Shown here: one piece after another, positions 29,054 through 41,114 of the stretch
Numbering within the stretch: the stretch's first letter is position 1
How the letters are laid out: every line of letters starts with the position of its first letter
Assembly: GCA_965223325.1 (NCBI GenBank)
Contig: CBDCWI010000002.1
Location: 224,001 to 288,000 of the forward strand
Direction: 5' to 3'
DNA: 64,000 nucleotides
Origin: Candidatus Multivoradales bacterium
GTDB lineage: Bacteria; Acidobacteriota; Thermoanaerobaculia; Multivoradales; Multivoraceae
Made by a program: the position numbers and the translations under genes
The notes under the pieces: model-generated
Seen by the model: only the letters and a program-made list of their open reading frames with translations
What the model was told of the DNA's origin: nothing
Databases searched by the model: none

Positions 29054-31758
29054 GAGTCGGGTCACCGCGTCGCGCGCTCCTCTTCGGCTCGCTGAGTGTC
29101 GCTCTCCTGGCGTTCAACTGCCTGGGCTGTGCGGTCACCGCGCAAGAAGAGACCGCTCAGGACACTGCCGATGCTGCCAACCTCGACCCGCTCGATCTGC
29201 TGCGCACCGGGCGCTACGACGATCTGATCGCACGGGTTGAGAGAGAGACCGGCGAGGAGAGAACGTCGCGCTCGATTCGGGCGCTGGCGGACGCCTATGC
29301 CGCCCGCGGTCGCTACGACGACGAGATCGCGCTGCTCGAAGCCGCCCACGCCCGTGATCCGGAGCTCGGGACCAGGCTGGGCCAGGCGCTCCTGCACAAG
29401 GGCTCGCGTGCCCGCGCCCAGGAACTGTTCGAGAACGCCGTGGCGAGCGGTCAGAGAGACGCGCTCACCGCGCGCTATGCCCTGGGCACCCTTGTCCGTG
29501 ACCGTGGCGACATCGACGGCGCCGACCAGCATTGGTACGCCCTGATCGACGCCTACAATGCCCGCGCGCGCCTCAGCGCCCGCGAACTGGTCGCCGTGGG
29601 GAGGGCTGTAGAGGCTCTGGGCCGGAATGACCCGCAGCTCTTCAAAGACGCGGTCAAGGCCTACGACGAGGCCATCGACAGCGACCCGGCAGATCTGGTT
29701 CCACGCGTCGCGCTCGGCGAGCTGTTCGTCGAGAAGTACGACAGCACCCAGGCACGTGACGCTCTCCGAGACGTGCTGCAGGTGGCGCCGAATCACCCCG
29801 ACGCCAACCTCGCGATGGCGCGAGCGCTGCACTTCGACGGTTCGCCCGAGGCTCTCGTCCTGGTGGAGAAGGTGCTCGAGGTCAACCCCAACCACACTGC
29901 GGCGCGGGTCTTCATGTCGCTCCTGCGCGTCGAGCTCGAGCAGTTCGACAAGGCGCTTCTGGAGGCGCGCGCGGCACTCAAGGTGGACCCTGGTTCGCTG
30001 CCGGCAATGACCGCCCTGGCGGCGGTGCTGTGGAAACGCGACGAGATCGAGGACTTCGAGAAAGAGCGCGACCGCATTCTGGCGATCGATCCCCATCACG
30101 CGCCGCTTTTTACGCGCCTGGCAGAGGTTGCCGAGCGCACCGCCAACTATCGTGCGGCGCGGGACTGGGCAGCCGAAGGCACGAAGCTCGACGCCAAGTC
30201 CTGGAAGGCCCATCACCAGCTGGGTATGAACCAGCTCCGCCTCGGCGAGATCGAGATGGGGACCGCGAGCCTCGAACGAGCCTTTGCCGGTGACCCCTAC
30301 AACGTGTGGGTCAAGAACACCCTCGACCTGATCGACACCTTCGACCAGTACGAGTCGAGAAGTGATGGGCGCTTCGAGATCTTCGCCCATCAACGCGAGG
30401 CCGACCTCCTCGAGCCCTACTATCGGCAACTGGCAGAAGAGGCCTGGGCGTCGATGGTCGAGCGCTACGGTTACGAACCACCCTCGCCGATTCGAATCGA
30501 GATCTATCCCAGCCACGCCGACTTTTCGGTCCGCACGGTGGGACTCGCAGGGTTGGGCGCTCTCGGGGTGTGCTTTGGACCGGTGCTGGCGGTCGATTCG
30601 CCGTCGGCTCGTAGCCCCGGAGAAGCCAACTGGGGCTCGACCCTCTGGCACGAGCTGTCGCACACCTTCACCCTCGAGATGACACGCAGTCGGGTGCCCC
30701 GCTGGCTGACCGAGGGCACAGCGGTGTGGGAGGAGCGCAACGCGCGCCAGGGCTGGGGCGATGACGTCCAACCGCAGTTTCTCGAAGCCCTGGCGGAAGG
30801 CAAGCTGCTCGGCATGGCAGAGATCAACAACGGTTTCGTGCGGCCCGAGTTTCCGACTCAGATCGTGCTCTCGTACTTGCAGGGCTCATTGGTCGTCGAA
30901 CGCATCGTCGATCTCTATGGGTTTCCCAAGCTCGTCGAGATGTTGCACGCCTATCGCGACGGCGGCGAAACCGCCGAGGTCTTCGAAACCGTTCTCGGGC
31001 TCGACCTCGAGACCTTTGATGAGCAGTTCTTCGGCTGGCTCGAGAAGCGCTACGCCAAGGGCTTGGCAGCGCTTGCAGAGAAGGACGGCGATGAGCCTCC
31101 TCGAGCGACGTCACCCGAAGAGGCTGCCCTGATGATGGAGAAGCGGGCGGCCGAGAACCCCGATGACTGGAGAGCCCAGATGGCTTGGGGGAGCTGGTTG
31201 GTTGCCAACCAGCGCCGCGAGGAGGCGATCTCGTTTCTCGAACGCGCCCGCGATCTCTTCCCCGAGTACGCCACCGAGGGCAGTGCCTACCGCATCCTGG
31301 CGACCACCTACCGCACCCTGGGGAACACCGACGCCGCCATCGAAGCGCTCGAAGCGGTCGTCGCGGTCGACGAAACCAGCTACGTCTCCCATCTCGAGCT
31401 CGCCGAGCTGTATGAGAGCGTCGGTCGTCTCGAGGATGCGGCGCGGGTGCTCGAACGCACCGTCTACGCTTACCCGATGGAGAGGGAGCTGCACGAGCGC
31501 CGCGCCGCCCTGGCGGAACAGTCCGGCGATGCGGAGATCCTTGTCGGTGCTCGCCTGGCCCTCTTCGGGCTCGCGCCACCCGATCGGGCCGGGGCCCTCT
31601 ATGAGCTCGCACTGGCCCAGCGCGATGCCAACCAACTGCGCGATGCACGTCGTTCCGTCCTGCGGGCGCTCGAGATCGCACCGGGGTTTGCCAAGGCCCA
31701 GAAGCTCCTGGTCGAGCTGCGCGCTCTCAGCGCCGCCGAGAAGGTAGGCTCGCCATGA
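29050..31758 (+). CDS. Exported TPR protein with MA-clan (gluzincin) zinc peptidase domain
   Basis: TPR helices, HELSH and PRWLTEG downstream Glu. Confidence 0.85.
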   Translation: MRVGSPRRALLFGSLSVALLAFNCLGCAVTAQEETAQDTADAANLDPLDLLRTGRYDDLIARVERETGEERTSRSIRALADAYAARGRYDDEIALLEAAHARDPELGTRLGQALLHKGSRARAQELFENAVASGQRDALTARYALGTLVRDRGDIDGADQHWYALIDAYNARARLSARELVAVGRAVEALGRNDPQLFKDAVKAYDEAIDSDPADLVPRVALGELFVEKYDSTQARDALRDVLQVAPNHPDANLAMARALHFDGSPEALVLVEKVLEVNPNHTAARVFMSLLRVELEQFDKALLEARAALKVDPGSLPAMTALAAVLWKRDEIEDFEKERDRILAIDPHHAPLFTRLAEVAERTANYRAARDWAAEGTKLDAKSWKAHHQLGMNQLRLGEIEMGTASLERAFAGDPYNVWVKNTLDLIDTFDQYESRSDGRFEIFAHQREADLLEPYYRQLAEEAWASMVERYGYEPPSPIRIEIYPSHADFSVRTVGLAGLGALGVCFGPVLAVDSPSARSPGEANWGSTLWHELSHTFTLEMTRSRVPRWLTEGTAVWEERNARQGWGDDVQPQFLEALAEGKLLGMAEINNGFVRPEFPTQIVLSYLQGSLVVERIVDLYGFPKLVEMLHAYRDGGETAEVFETVLGLDLETFDEQFFGWLEKRYAKGLAALAEKDGDEPPRATSPEEAALMMEKRAAENPDDWRAQMAWGSWLVANQRREEAISFLERARDLFPEYATEGSAYRILATTYRTLGNTDAAIEALEAVVAVDETSYVSHLELAELYESVGRLEDAARVLERTVYAYPMERELHERRAALAEQSGDAEILVGARLALFGLAPPDRAGALYELALAQRDANQLRDARRSVLRALEIAPGFAKAQKLLVELRALSAAEKVGSP

Positions 31759-32558
31759 AGTGGACGACGGCGTTTACGCGGGCGCTCGTCCTAGTGGCGG
31801 GAGCGAGCGCTGTCCTGGCGATCGGTTGGGCCGTCCAGGCGGCAGATGACTGGCCCAAGCCGCCTCCGGTCGAGACCGAGAGTTATCCCTATGATGGTGA
31901 GTTCACCCTGGCACGCATCCGTTTCGACCCGACCCAGTGGGGCGGTGGGCCGTTTACCTGGAATCTCGATCTCAAGTGGAATCACGACTATCCACAGGCC
32001 GAGCAGAACTTCACCCGTATTCTCGAGGAGGTCACCAGCCTCGAAACCAACCCCGAGGGCGGCAACGTTCTCGAGATCACCGACCCGCGGCTCTTCGAAC
32101 ACCCCTGGGCCTACATCTGCGAAGTGGGCTACTGGGACCCCACCGACGAAGAAATCGAGATCCTACGCAGCTACCTGTTGAAGGGTGGCTTCTTGATGGT
32201 CGACGACTTCATCGACATGGGAGGCAGTTTCCAGTGGCGCAACTTCACCCATCACTTCCAGCGCCTCTTGCCCGGCTACCAGCTGCGTCGGATGGACCTC
32301 TCTGACGGCATTTTCAGTATCTTCTTTCCGATGGAGAGCCTGGACCTCAACGATCCCGACCTGCCGCCCCTCGATGGAGCGATTTTCGGTGTCTACGAAG
32401 ACGACGATCCAGAAGAGCGGCTGATGATGATCGTCAACTACAACATGGACGTTGGCGACTACTGGGAGTGGTCCGACCAGGGGCTCTACCCGATTGATCT
32501 GACCCAGCGCGGCTTCAAGCTCGGGGTCAATTACGTCATGTATGGCCTCACCCATTGA
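31755..32558 (+). CDS. DUF4159 family exported protein (copy 3)
   Basis: WNHDYPQAE, GGFLMVDDF, NMDVGDYWE, GVNYVMYGLTH*. Confidence 0.85.
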   Translation: MKWTTAFTRALVLVAGASAVLAIGWAVQAADDWPKPPPVETESYPYDGEFTLARIRFDPTQWGGGPFTWNLDLKWNHDYPQAEQNFTRILEEVTSLETNPEGGNVLEITDPRLFEHPWAYICEVGYWDPTDEEIEILRSYLLKGGFLMVDDFIDMGGSFQWRNFTHHFQRLLPGYQLRRMDLSDGIFSIFFPMESLDLNDPDLPPLDGAIFGVYEDDDPEERLMMIVNYNMDVGDYWEWSDQGLYPIDLTQRGFKLGVNYVMYGLTH

Positions 32559-32692
32559 GGGCTGTCTCGCGCAAGGGGACGGCCGCCTCCAGGAGGCCTC
32601 ACGCCCTGCCCGTGTCCTTGCTACCATCCGGTGCCGGCCAGCCGGAGCCCCGGACGATCCGGGGGCCGAGACAGCATTGACGGAGAGACCCC

Positions 32693-33742
<1,050 letters not shown>

Positions 33743-33770
33743 GCCCTACCGGCCCCCGGGGAAGTTCACC

Positions 33771-34706
33771 TTGGTGACCAGCGCGCCATCCAGCAGCCAA
33801 GTACCGCGCTCCGGGCACGGGGTGGCTCGCTTTATCGATCCAGCGGCTCTGGCTGCGATCGCCAGCCTCGATCTGCTGGCTCGCACGGTCGTCGAGGGTT
33901 TTATCTCGGGGTTGCATCGTTCGCCCTTCCTCGGGCGGTCGATGGACTTTGCCGAGTATCGCGCCTACATGCCCGGCGACGACATTCGCCAGGTCGACTG
34001 GAAGGTCTACTCGCGCACCGACCGCTACTTCGTCAAGCAGTTCGAAGGCGACACCAACACCAACGTCAACATCGCCTTCGACGCCTCGGCGTCCATGAAC
34101 TTCGCCTCGGGAGAGATCACCAAGCTCGACTACGGTCGCTATCTCGCTGCTTCGCTCGCGTACTTCGCCTCGCGGCAGCGCGACCGCATCGGGCTGGTGA
34201 CTTTCGACCATCAGGTGCGCGACTGGGTGCCGCCGGCCGCCAAACATCTGCAGAACGTGTTGTTGACCCTCGATCGACTCGAGGCGGGTGGCGAGAGTGA
34301 CCTCGTAGCGCCTCTCATGCGCTTGACCCAGGCGATTCGTCGGCGCGCGATCGTGGTGGTCATCTCGGACCTCTATGAGGAGCCGGAGCGGGTGGTCGAA
34401 GCGCTACGCGGCTTCAAGGCGCGCGGCTGCGACGTGGTCGTGTTTCATATCCTCGATCCGGCAGAGCTCGACTTTCCCTACACCGGTCCGGGTGATTTCG
34501 TCGACCTCGAGAGCGGCGAGCGCCTTCCGGTGGTCCCCGAGTCCCTGGGTGACCGCTACCGCGAGCTGATCCAGGGACACATCGCCGACATCCAGCGCCG
34601 CCTGACAGAGCTCGACATCGACTACCAGCAGATCGGCACCCGAACGCCACTGGATGCTGCTCTGCACAGCTATCTCGGGCATCGCCTGGCGCGCATGAAG
34701 AGCTAG
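33771..34706 (+). CDS. DUF58 family VWA-like protein
   Basis: GLHRSP, FAEYRAYMPGDD, DWKVY, DASASM, ISD. Confidence 0.92.
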   Translation: MVTSAPSSSQVPRSGHGVARFIDPAALAAIASLDLLARTVVEGFISGLHRSPFLGRSMDFAEYRAYMPGDDIRQVDWKVYSRTDRYFVKQFEGDTNTNVNIAFDASASMNFASGEITKLDYGRYLAASLAYFASRQRDRIGLVTFDHQVRDWVPPAAKHLQNVLLTLDRLEAGGESDLVAPLMRLTQAIRRRAIVVVISDLYEEPERVVEALRGFKARGCDVVVFHILDPAELDFPYTGPGDFVDLESGERLPVVPESLGDRYRELIQGHIADIQRRLTELDIDYQQIGTRTPLDAALHSYLGHRLARMKS

Positions 34707-34829
34707 CAGGAAACCTCTCGACCTCGTCGGGCGCCCGGCCGTTCGTCCCAGCGTCCAGCACTGAGGGGCTTTCGGTCGCTATGATTCGGAGGTCGAGTGC
34801 CCAACCAACACCAGCGAGCGTAGACTCCG

Positions 34830-37013
34830 ATCGCCTTTCTCACCCCAGCCTTCCTGTTCGGCCTTCTCGGTCTCGCGATACCGCTCCTGATTCACCTCAG
34901 CCGGCGGCGCCAGAGCACCGTGTATGAGTTTCCATCGCTCATGTTTCTGTCGCAGGTACCCTATCGCTCGGTGAGGCGGCGGCGTATCCGGCATTGGCTG
35001 CTCCTGGCGCTGCGCTGTGCAGCCTACGCTCTCCTGGTCCTGGCCTTCGCCCGGCCGCTTCTTCAGGGAGCACGGGTCGATGCGGAGGAAACCGCTGGCC
35101 AACGTCACCGGGTCGTTCTGCTCGACACCAGCTTCAGCATGACGCGCGACAGCGCTCGGGAAAGTGCGCGGCAGGCGGCACGCGATGCCGTCGCTGACTT
35201 GACCGAGAACGATCTCGTCTCGATCGTTGAGTTCGACCGCGAGGCGCGCGCCACGGTCACTGCCACTTCAGATCTCGACGAAGCACGACGCGCGATCGAG
35301 AATGTCACCGCGGGAGACGCGGCGACTCGTTTCGCCCCTGCGATCCAGCTAGCGCGCAAACTGCTGCTCGAGAATCCTGGCGCCCGCGAAGTCGCCATGA
35401 TCAGCGACTTTCAACGGACCGGACGCGGTGACGACGACCTCGACCTGCGCCTACCCGCCGGCACCCGGCTCGAGACCGTCCAGGTCGGAGAGGCCGGTGA
35501 GCACAACGTCGCAGTGGCCGGTGCCGAGCTCGATCGCGGGCAGAGCGATCGCCGTGAGCAGGTTGCGGTGTCGGCTCGCCTCTTGAACCCATCCGATCTT
35601 CCGGTGGCCGCCGAAGTCGACCTCAGTCTCAATCAGCGCGCTCTCGACCCGCAGGCGGCCGAGGTGCCAGCGTCAGGGACCGTCCAGGTCAACTTCGAGC
35701 GCGCGGTGCTCGAGTCGGGCGTACCGACCCAGGGCGTGATCGAGGCCGATACGCGCGATGCCATCGTCATCGACAACCAGTTCCGTTTCGTCGTCTCGCC
35801 TTCGCAGGGTATTCCGGTTCTGCTGGTCGAGGCAGGTCGGCGCAATCGCTACCTCGGCAACGCGCTCGCGCTCGGTCGCTACCCGAACTTCCGGCTCCGC
35901 CGCGTACGTGCCGCCGACCTCACCGCGGCGGATCTCGTCGATCAGCCGGTGGTGATTCTCAACGACTCGACCTCGGCGATCAGCGCCGCCGGTGTTCAAC
36001 TGCTCGAACGCCACGTCGACTCGGGCGGCGGACTGCTGGTGGTGTGGGCTGGAGGAGAGTCGACAGCGAACCGTTCGGCGCTCGCCGAGGCACTCAACCT
36101 ACCGAGAATCGAAGCAGAACGGCGCACGTCGCGGGGAGCGCGCGGTATCGCCTACCTCGACCTCGCGCACCCGGCGCTCGAGGTCTTCGCTGCGCCGCGC
36201 AGTGGTGACTTCGGTGGGGTGAGCATCTTTCGCTACCACCGGCTGCAGGAGAGCAGCAGCCTGCACCACACGATCGCGCGCTTCGGTGACGGCTCGCCGG
36301 CGTTGGTCGAGGTGTCCCCGGTCGACCCTGATGCGGCTGGCGAAGGCGAAGATCCGTCTGCGCTGTCTGAGCTCACCGGTCGCGGGCGTGTACTGGTCTG
36401 GCCGAGCGCCCTCGACAACGTCTGGGGCGACCTGGTGCTACGGCCGGTTTTTTTGCCCTTCGTGCATCGTTTGACGCAGTACCTGGCCGCCCATGAGCCC
36501 GACCGCGAGTGGTACGAGGTTGGCCAGGTGGTCGATCTCGAGGGTGCGCTCAGCGAACGTTTCGGGTCAGACGCCGGAGACGACGGCTGGCTGGTGTTGC
36601 CTCCGGCCGGCGAGGAGCGGTCGCTCGAACCAGACAGCGAGCTGCTGGTCGATCTCGACCAACGCGGCTTCTGGACGGTTCGCCCGGTCGGCAACCGTCC
36701 CAACGACAGCCTGGTGCTGGCCGCCAACCTCGATCCGCGCGAGTCCGATCTCGCCACTCTCGATCTCGAGGTCCTGGCCGGCGCGATGGCGCCTCTGGCG
36801 CAGGATGTCGATGATGTCGATGATGGCGATGCTGGTGTAGAAGGCGCCGGCATCACGCCGACGCCAGACAGAGGAGGAGCCGAGGAGGGCGGGCGCCTGT
36901 GGTGGTTTCTCCTGGCTCTCATGCTCTTGATCCTCGGCATCGAGAGTTGGCTGGCGAGTCGCTACTCGCTGGCGCCGCGCATTGGATCGAGACGCACCCG
37001 GGCAGCCACCTGA
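34830..37013 (+). CDS. BatA N-terminal / VWA domain membrane protein (non-canonical or damaged start)
   Basis: IAFLTPAFLFGLLGLAIPLLIHL..FPSLMFL..ARP BatA motif in frame from ATC 34830; MIDAS DTSFS; C-terminal TM. Confidence 0.85.
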   Translation: MAFLTPAFLFGLLGLAIPLLIHLSRRRQSTVYEFPSLMFLSQVPYRSVRRRRIRHWLLLALRCAAYALLVLAFARPLLQGARVDAEETAGQRHRVVLLDTSFSMTRDSARESARQAARDAVADLTENDLVSIVEFDREARATVTATSDLDEARRAIENVTAGDAATRFAPAIQLARKLLLENPGAREVAMISDFQRTGRGDDDLDLRLPAGTRLETVQVGEAGEHNVAVAGAELDRGQSDRREQVAVSARLLNPSDLPVAAEVDLSLNQRALDPQAAEVPASGTVQVNFERAVLESGVPTQGVIEADTRDAIVIDNQFRFVVSPSQGIPVLLVEAGRRNRYLGNALALGRYPNFRLRRVRAADLTAADLVDQPVVILNDSTSAISAAGVQLLERHVDSGGGLLVVWAGGESTANRSALAEALNLPRIEAERRTSRGARGIAYLDLAHPALEVFAAPRSGDFGGVSIFRYHRLQESSSLHHTIARFGDGSPALVEVSPVDPDAAGEGEDPSALSELTGRGRVLVWPSALDNVWGDLVLRPVFLPFVHRLTQYLAAHEPDREWYEVGQVVDLEGALSERFGSDAGDDGWLVLPPAGEERSLEPDSELLVDLDQRGFWTVRPVGNRPNDSLVLAANLDPRESDLATLDLEVLAGAMAPLAQDVDDVDDGDAGVEGAGITPTPDRGGAEEGGRLWWFLLALMLLILGIESWLASRYSLAPRIGSRRTRAAT

Positions 37014-37096
37014 ACGAGGCTCCTGCCGAGTTGCCTAAAGAGGGGGCCTGATGAAGAAGAACAGCGCAATGCCAAAGAGGACAGCGGGAGCCAACG

Positions 37097-40000
37097 ATGA
37101 GTGATCCGGGCGAAAGAACCCACAACGAGCCGCAGAGCTCCGGTGAGCCTCGCGCACAGAACGAGTCTCAGGCCGAGAACCCGCTTCTTTCCGCTCAGCG
37201 GTCTTCGCGCTACCAGGAGGTCCTGGCGCTGATCCGGCGTGTGCGGAGGCGCTGGCGCATGCGGGTCGGTCTGCGCGGCCTGTTGATCGTCGTGGCGGTT
37301 GGTTTTCTCGCCTTCGTGGTTTCGGTGTGGGGAATGGACCGGCTCCTGTACTCCGAGCGCGCCATCTTCTGGTTTCGTGCCCTCACCTGGTTGACTCTTG
37401 CGGCGCTGGCGCTGCGCTTTCTCGTTTTGCCACTTGCTCGTCGGGTCAGCGACGAGCAGATCGCCCTCTACGTCGAAGAGAACGAGCCGTCCATGCAGGC
37501 AGCGCTCCTTTCGGCACTCGAACTGGGACCCGACGCCGAAACCAACGCCTCACCGGAGTTTGCGAACGAGCTCATGTCACGGGTCGTCGAAGAAAGTCGG
37601 GCGATCGACTTCGGTCGCGCGATCGAACGGCCCCGTTTGCGAAAACTGAGCGGTAGTGTCGCCCTGGCTTCAGGCCTTGCGATGCTGGCCATTCTGGCGA
37701 GCCCGGCGTTTCTACAGCACGGTGCGATGCTGCTCTTTGCCCCCTGGACAGCTGGAGCCGACACCAACCCCTACGGCGTGCTCGCTTCTCCGGGCAACAT
37801 CGAAGTGCCACGGGGCTCCGATCTGGCGATTCACGCTGCCCTGGTCAACTTCGAACATGAACCCGTCGAGTTGATGTGGAAGAGCGGCGACGGCGATTGG
37901 CAGCGCTTTGTGATGGCAGCGGTCGATCGTGCGGCCTCTACCGTCGATCGTGATGATCTCGGCGAGTTCGAGCTCGGGGCTTCAGGCGACGAAGAGGTCG
38001 CGACTGAACAGCCCGAGCCGCCGGCTCACACGCCAGGTGCACTCCTCGGCGGTCCTCCCGAGGGCTTCGAAGCTGGCTACGAGCACATGCTGCTCAACCT
38101 CCAGGAGTCGGCCGAGTACTACATCGCGGCCAGTACCGTGCGCACACCGATCCATCGCATCGATGTGGTCGAGCTTCCCTGGGTCGAGAGCATCGATGCG
38201 CGTTACATCTTTCCCGAGTACACCGGCCTCGAGGCACGTGAGGAAGAAGACAGCGGTGACCTGGTCGCCCTGCGCGGCACCAAGGTCGAGCTCACCCTCC
38301 ACCCGACGCTCGAGACCACCCGCGGTCAGCTCCTGATCGATGAAACCAAGATCATCGAGCTGGTGCCTGGCCCGGAGGGAGTGCTGCTGGCGACCCTCGA
38401 TATCGAGCGCTCGACCTGGTACCGCATCGAACTCGAGGGCTACGACGGCGATCTTCATCGTGCCTCCTCGGAGTACACCATTCAAGTCATCGACGACCAA
38501 CCGCCGATCCTGCGCTTTTCCCAACCCGGGCGGGACATCAAGGCGCACAAGATCGATGAGGTCTTTCTCGAAGTACAGGCCGAAGACGACTACGGTCTCG
38601 GCCGCATCGAGTTGGTGTGGAGTGTGACCGGTGGCGAAGAGACCAGCACGGTGCTCTATCGCGGCGGGCGCCGGGAGGTGACCGCTGGTCATACCTTCTT
38701 TCTCGAGGAGATCGAGCTCGAAGATGGAGACTTCATTTCGTACTACGGCCGAGCCTTCGACCGAAGTGGCGTTGGCGGACGACAGTTGGCGACCACCGAC
38801 ATCTACTTCATCGAGATTCGCCCCTTTGGCAAGGACTATCGCCGGATGGAGGGGGGCGGTGGCCAGGGCGGTGACCAGGGTGGTATGGACGACACGCTGT
38901 CGGTGACCCAGCGCCAGATCATCGCCGCGACCTTCCGCATGATTCGCGACCGTGCCGACATCGAAGCTCGGGAGTTGAACGAGAACCTGGCAACCGTCGG
39001 TCTGATGCAGGGGCGCTTGCGGGAGCAGGTCGACACCTTGATCTCGCGAATGCAGAACCGCACGACTCTTTCCGGCGACACCGACTTTCAGGCCATCATC
39101 GAGAACCTGACCTTGGCGCGCGAACAGATGGGTCCGGCCGAGGAGGCGTTGGTCGAACAGAGGCCCAAGGAGGCCTTACCGCTCGAACAGACCGCCCTCA
39201 AGTATCTGCAACGCGCCGAAGCGGTGTTTCGTGATGTGCGTGTGTCTTTCGACCCCAGCGGCGGTGGCGGAGGAGGTCAACAGCAGCAACTCTCCGAGGA
39301 CCTGGCCGATCTCTTCGAGCTCGAACTCGACAAGCTCCGCAACCAGTACGAGACCGTGCAGCGCGGCGAGCGCCAACAGACAGAACAAGCGATCGACGAA
39401 GCGATGCAGAAACTGCGCGAGCTCGCCCGTCGCCAGGAACAGGAGAACGAACGGGCGCGAAAAGGCATTCCTGGCGGCAAGGGCGGTGGCTCCAAGAACC
39501 AGAACGAGCTGATCGAGGAAACCGAGAAGCTGGCACGAGAGCTCGAGACCCTGGCCCGCGAGCGCCAGCGGCCGGAGCTCCAGGAGGCGGCGCGCCGCCT
39601 GCGTGAGGCCACCGAGGAAATGCGCCGGGCCTCAGCCGGCAGCCGCTCCGGTTCGTCGGTTGGCGACGGCGTTGCGGCGCTCGATCGCCTGCGCGACACC
39701 AAGCGCCTGCTCGATAAGACCCGCAGCCAGGATTTCAAGGAACAGCTCAGCCAGACCGCGCAACGAGCCGACCGCGTGCAAGAGATGCAAGAGCGCATCA
39801 AAGAACAGGTCGCCGGTCTTCCGACGCGCGAAGAGGCGGCGTCGTCAGGACGGGCCGCTTCCGAGCGCGAGGAGCGCCTCGAGAGACTCGCCGAACGCAA
39901 GACCCAGCTCGAACAAGAGGTCAAAGGCCTCGAGTCAGAGCTCGACCGCCTGGCACGTCAGGCTCGCGAGGAGAGCCCCGAAGCGTCGAGTGATCTGCAA

Positions 40001-41020
40001 GCGGCGGCCAACTCGATTCGCGACAACCAACTCAAAGAGAAGATCCGCTACTCAGAGGGTGTTGCCCGCGGTCGCGAGAAGGACTACGCCGAGCTCTTCG
40101 AAGGTGAGATCGGAAAGGACATCGAGGAGCTGCGTCAGCATCTCGGTGAGGCCAGCAGCAACGCCGGCAGCTCCAGTGGGCGCAGCCAGGCCGACGCTCT
40201 CGAGCGCGCCCGTGAGCTGGTCCAGAGCCTCGAGTCACTCGAGTCACGGCTGCGCGAGCGCACGTCGGGCGAGGAACGGGGGCAGCAGGCGAGTGCGCAG
40301 ACTGGCCAACCCGGCGAGCAGCAGGCCGGGCAAGACGGCCAGGCCGGTGAACAGGGCAGCCCGCCCCGCGAGTCGGGCCAGCAGCCCGGCGAGCAACCTG
40401 GTGAAGGTCAAGGTCAACAGGGTCAGGGAGAAGGCCAGGGTCAAGGTCAGGGAGAGCAAGGTCAGGGAGAACCAGGCGCCCGTCTCGACCGGGCCTCCCG
40501 TGCCGGCACACCCGGTGGCGAGGGCGAGGGCGAGGGCGAGAACCCGAGCCAGGCCGATGGTGGCGGTGGCCAGGGGCAAGCGCAACAGCCCCACCAGAGC
40601 GGCGACGGCCGCGGCGGTAGCGAAGCGGTGATCGGTTCCAACTGGGGAGGCAGCTTCCAGCCCGGGACGATGAGCAACGAAGAAGTACGCCAGTTCCAGC
40701 GTGAGCTCTCAGAAAGGGTTCGCCAGGGCCGCGAGCTCTCGGACCAGTTGCGCCAGCAGGGCCTCGATTCGACGTCGCTCGATCAGATCCTGCGCCAGAT
40801 GAATGCGCTCCAGGTGCGCAAGATCAACAACGATCCGCTCGCTCTAAACCAGCTCAAGGAGGGGGTCGTCGAGGGTCTGCGGCAGTTCGAGTACACGCTC
40901 TGGCGGGAGATCGAAGGTGGCGAAGAGAAGCTCTTCCTCGAGAACTCGGACTTTGTTCCGGACGGCTACCGAGAATTGGTTGAGGAGTACTACCGGAAGC
41001 TGTCGAGGGCTTCGAAGTAG
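37097..41020 (+). CDS. DUF4175-like large membrane/coiled-coil protein
   Basis: N-terminal TMs, Ig-like region with DDQPP and AEDDYG, long coiled coil, G/Q-rich linker, [16 protein letters not shown] terminus. Confidence 0.8.
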   Translation: MSDPGERTHNEPQSSGEPRAQNESQAENPLLSAQRSSRYQEVLALIRRVRRRWRMRVGLRGLLIVVAVGFLAFVVSVWGMDRLLYSERAIFWFRALTWLTLAALALRFLVLPLARRVSDEQIALYVEENEPSMQAALLSALELGPDAETNASPEFANELMSRVVEESRAIDFGRAIERPRLRKLSGSVALASGLAMLAILASPAFLQHGAMLLFAPWTAGADTNPYGVLASPGNIEVPRGSDLAIHAALVNFEHEPVELMWKSGDGDWQRFVMAAVDRAASTVDRDDLGEFELGASGDEEVATEQPEPPAHTPGALLGGPPEGFEAGYEHMLLNLQESAEYYIAASTVRTPIHRIDVVELPWVESIDARYIFPEYTGLEAREEEDSGDLVALRGTKVELTLHPTLETTRGQLLIDETKIIELVPGPEGVLLATLDIERSTWYRIELEGYDGDLHRASSEYTIQVIDDQPPILRFSQPGRDIKAHKIDEVFLEVQAEDDYGLGRIELVWSVTGGEETSTVLYRGGRREVTAGHTFFLEEIELEDGDFISYYGRAFDRSGVGGRQLATTDIYFIEIRPFGKDYRRMEGGGGQGGDQGGMDDTLSVTQRQIIAATFRMIRDRADIEARELNENLATVGLMQGRLREQVDTLISRMQNRTTLSGDTDFQAIIENLTLAREQMGPAEEALVEQRPKEALPLEQTALKYLQRAEAVFRDVRVSFDPSGGGGGGQQQQLSEDLADLFELELDKLRNQYETVQRGERQQTEQAIDEAMQKLRELARRQEQENERARKGIPGGKGGGSKNQNELIEETEKLARELETLARERQRPELQEAARRLREATEEMRRASAGSRSGSSVGDGVAALDRLRDTKRLLDKTRSQDFKEQLSQTAQRADRVQEMQERIKEQVAGLPTREEAASSGRAASEREERLERLAERKTQLEQEVKGLESELDRLARQAREESPEASSDLQAAANSIRDNQLKEKIRYSEGVARGREKDYAELFEGEIGKDIEELRQHLGEASSNAGSSSGRSQADALERARELVQSLESLESRLRERTSGEERGQQASAQTGQPGEQQAGQDGQAGEQGSPPRESGQQPGEQPGEGQGQQGQGEGQGQGQGEQGQGEPGARLDRASRAGTPGGEGEGEGENPSQADGGGGQGQAQQPHQSGDGRGGSEAVIGSNWGGSFQPGTMSNEEVRQFQRELSERVRQGRELSDQLRQQGLDSTSLDQILRQMNALQVRKINNDPLALNQLKEGVVEGLRQFEYTLWREIEGGEEKLFLENSDFVPDGYRELVEEYYRKLSRASK
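40290..40620 (+). repeat. Gly/Gln-rich low-complexity coding repeats (GQGQ, GEQ)
   Basis: Repeated ggtcag/ggtcaa/ggcgag units inside the DUF4175-like gene. Confidence 0.7.
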
Positions 41021-41114
41021 TGCCGCTCCGGGCGTTTTCTCACAAGAGTGTCCCAGACGAAATGAACGACACCTGAGTACGGTTGGCGCCCTCGAACTGC
41101 AACCGGAGGATCTC

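Noticed and set aside
29062-30771. Long antisense ORFs (also 52734-54245, 6509-7807, 44167-45399)
   Set aside because: Shadow frames of well-supported genes in high-GC DNA
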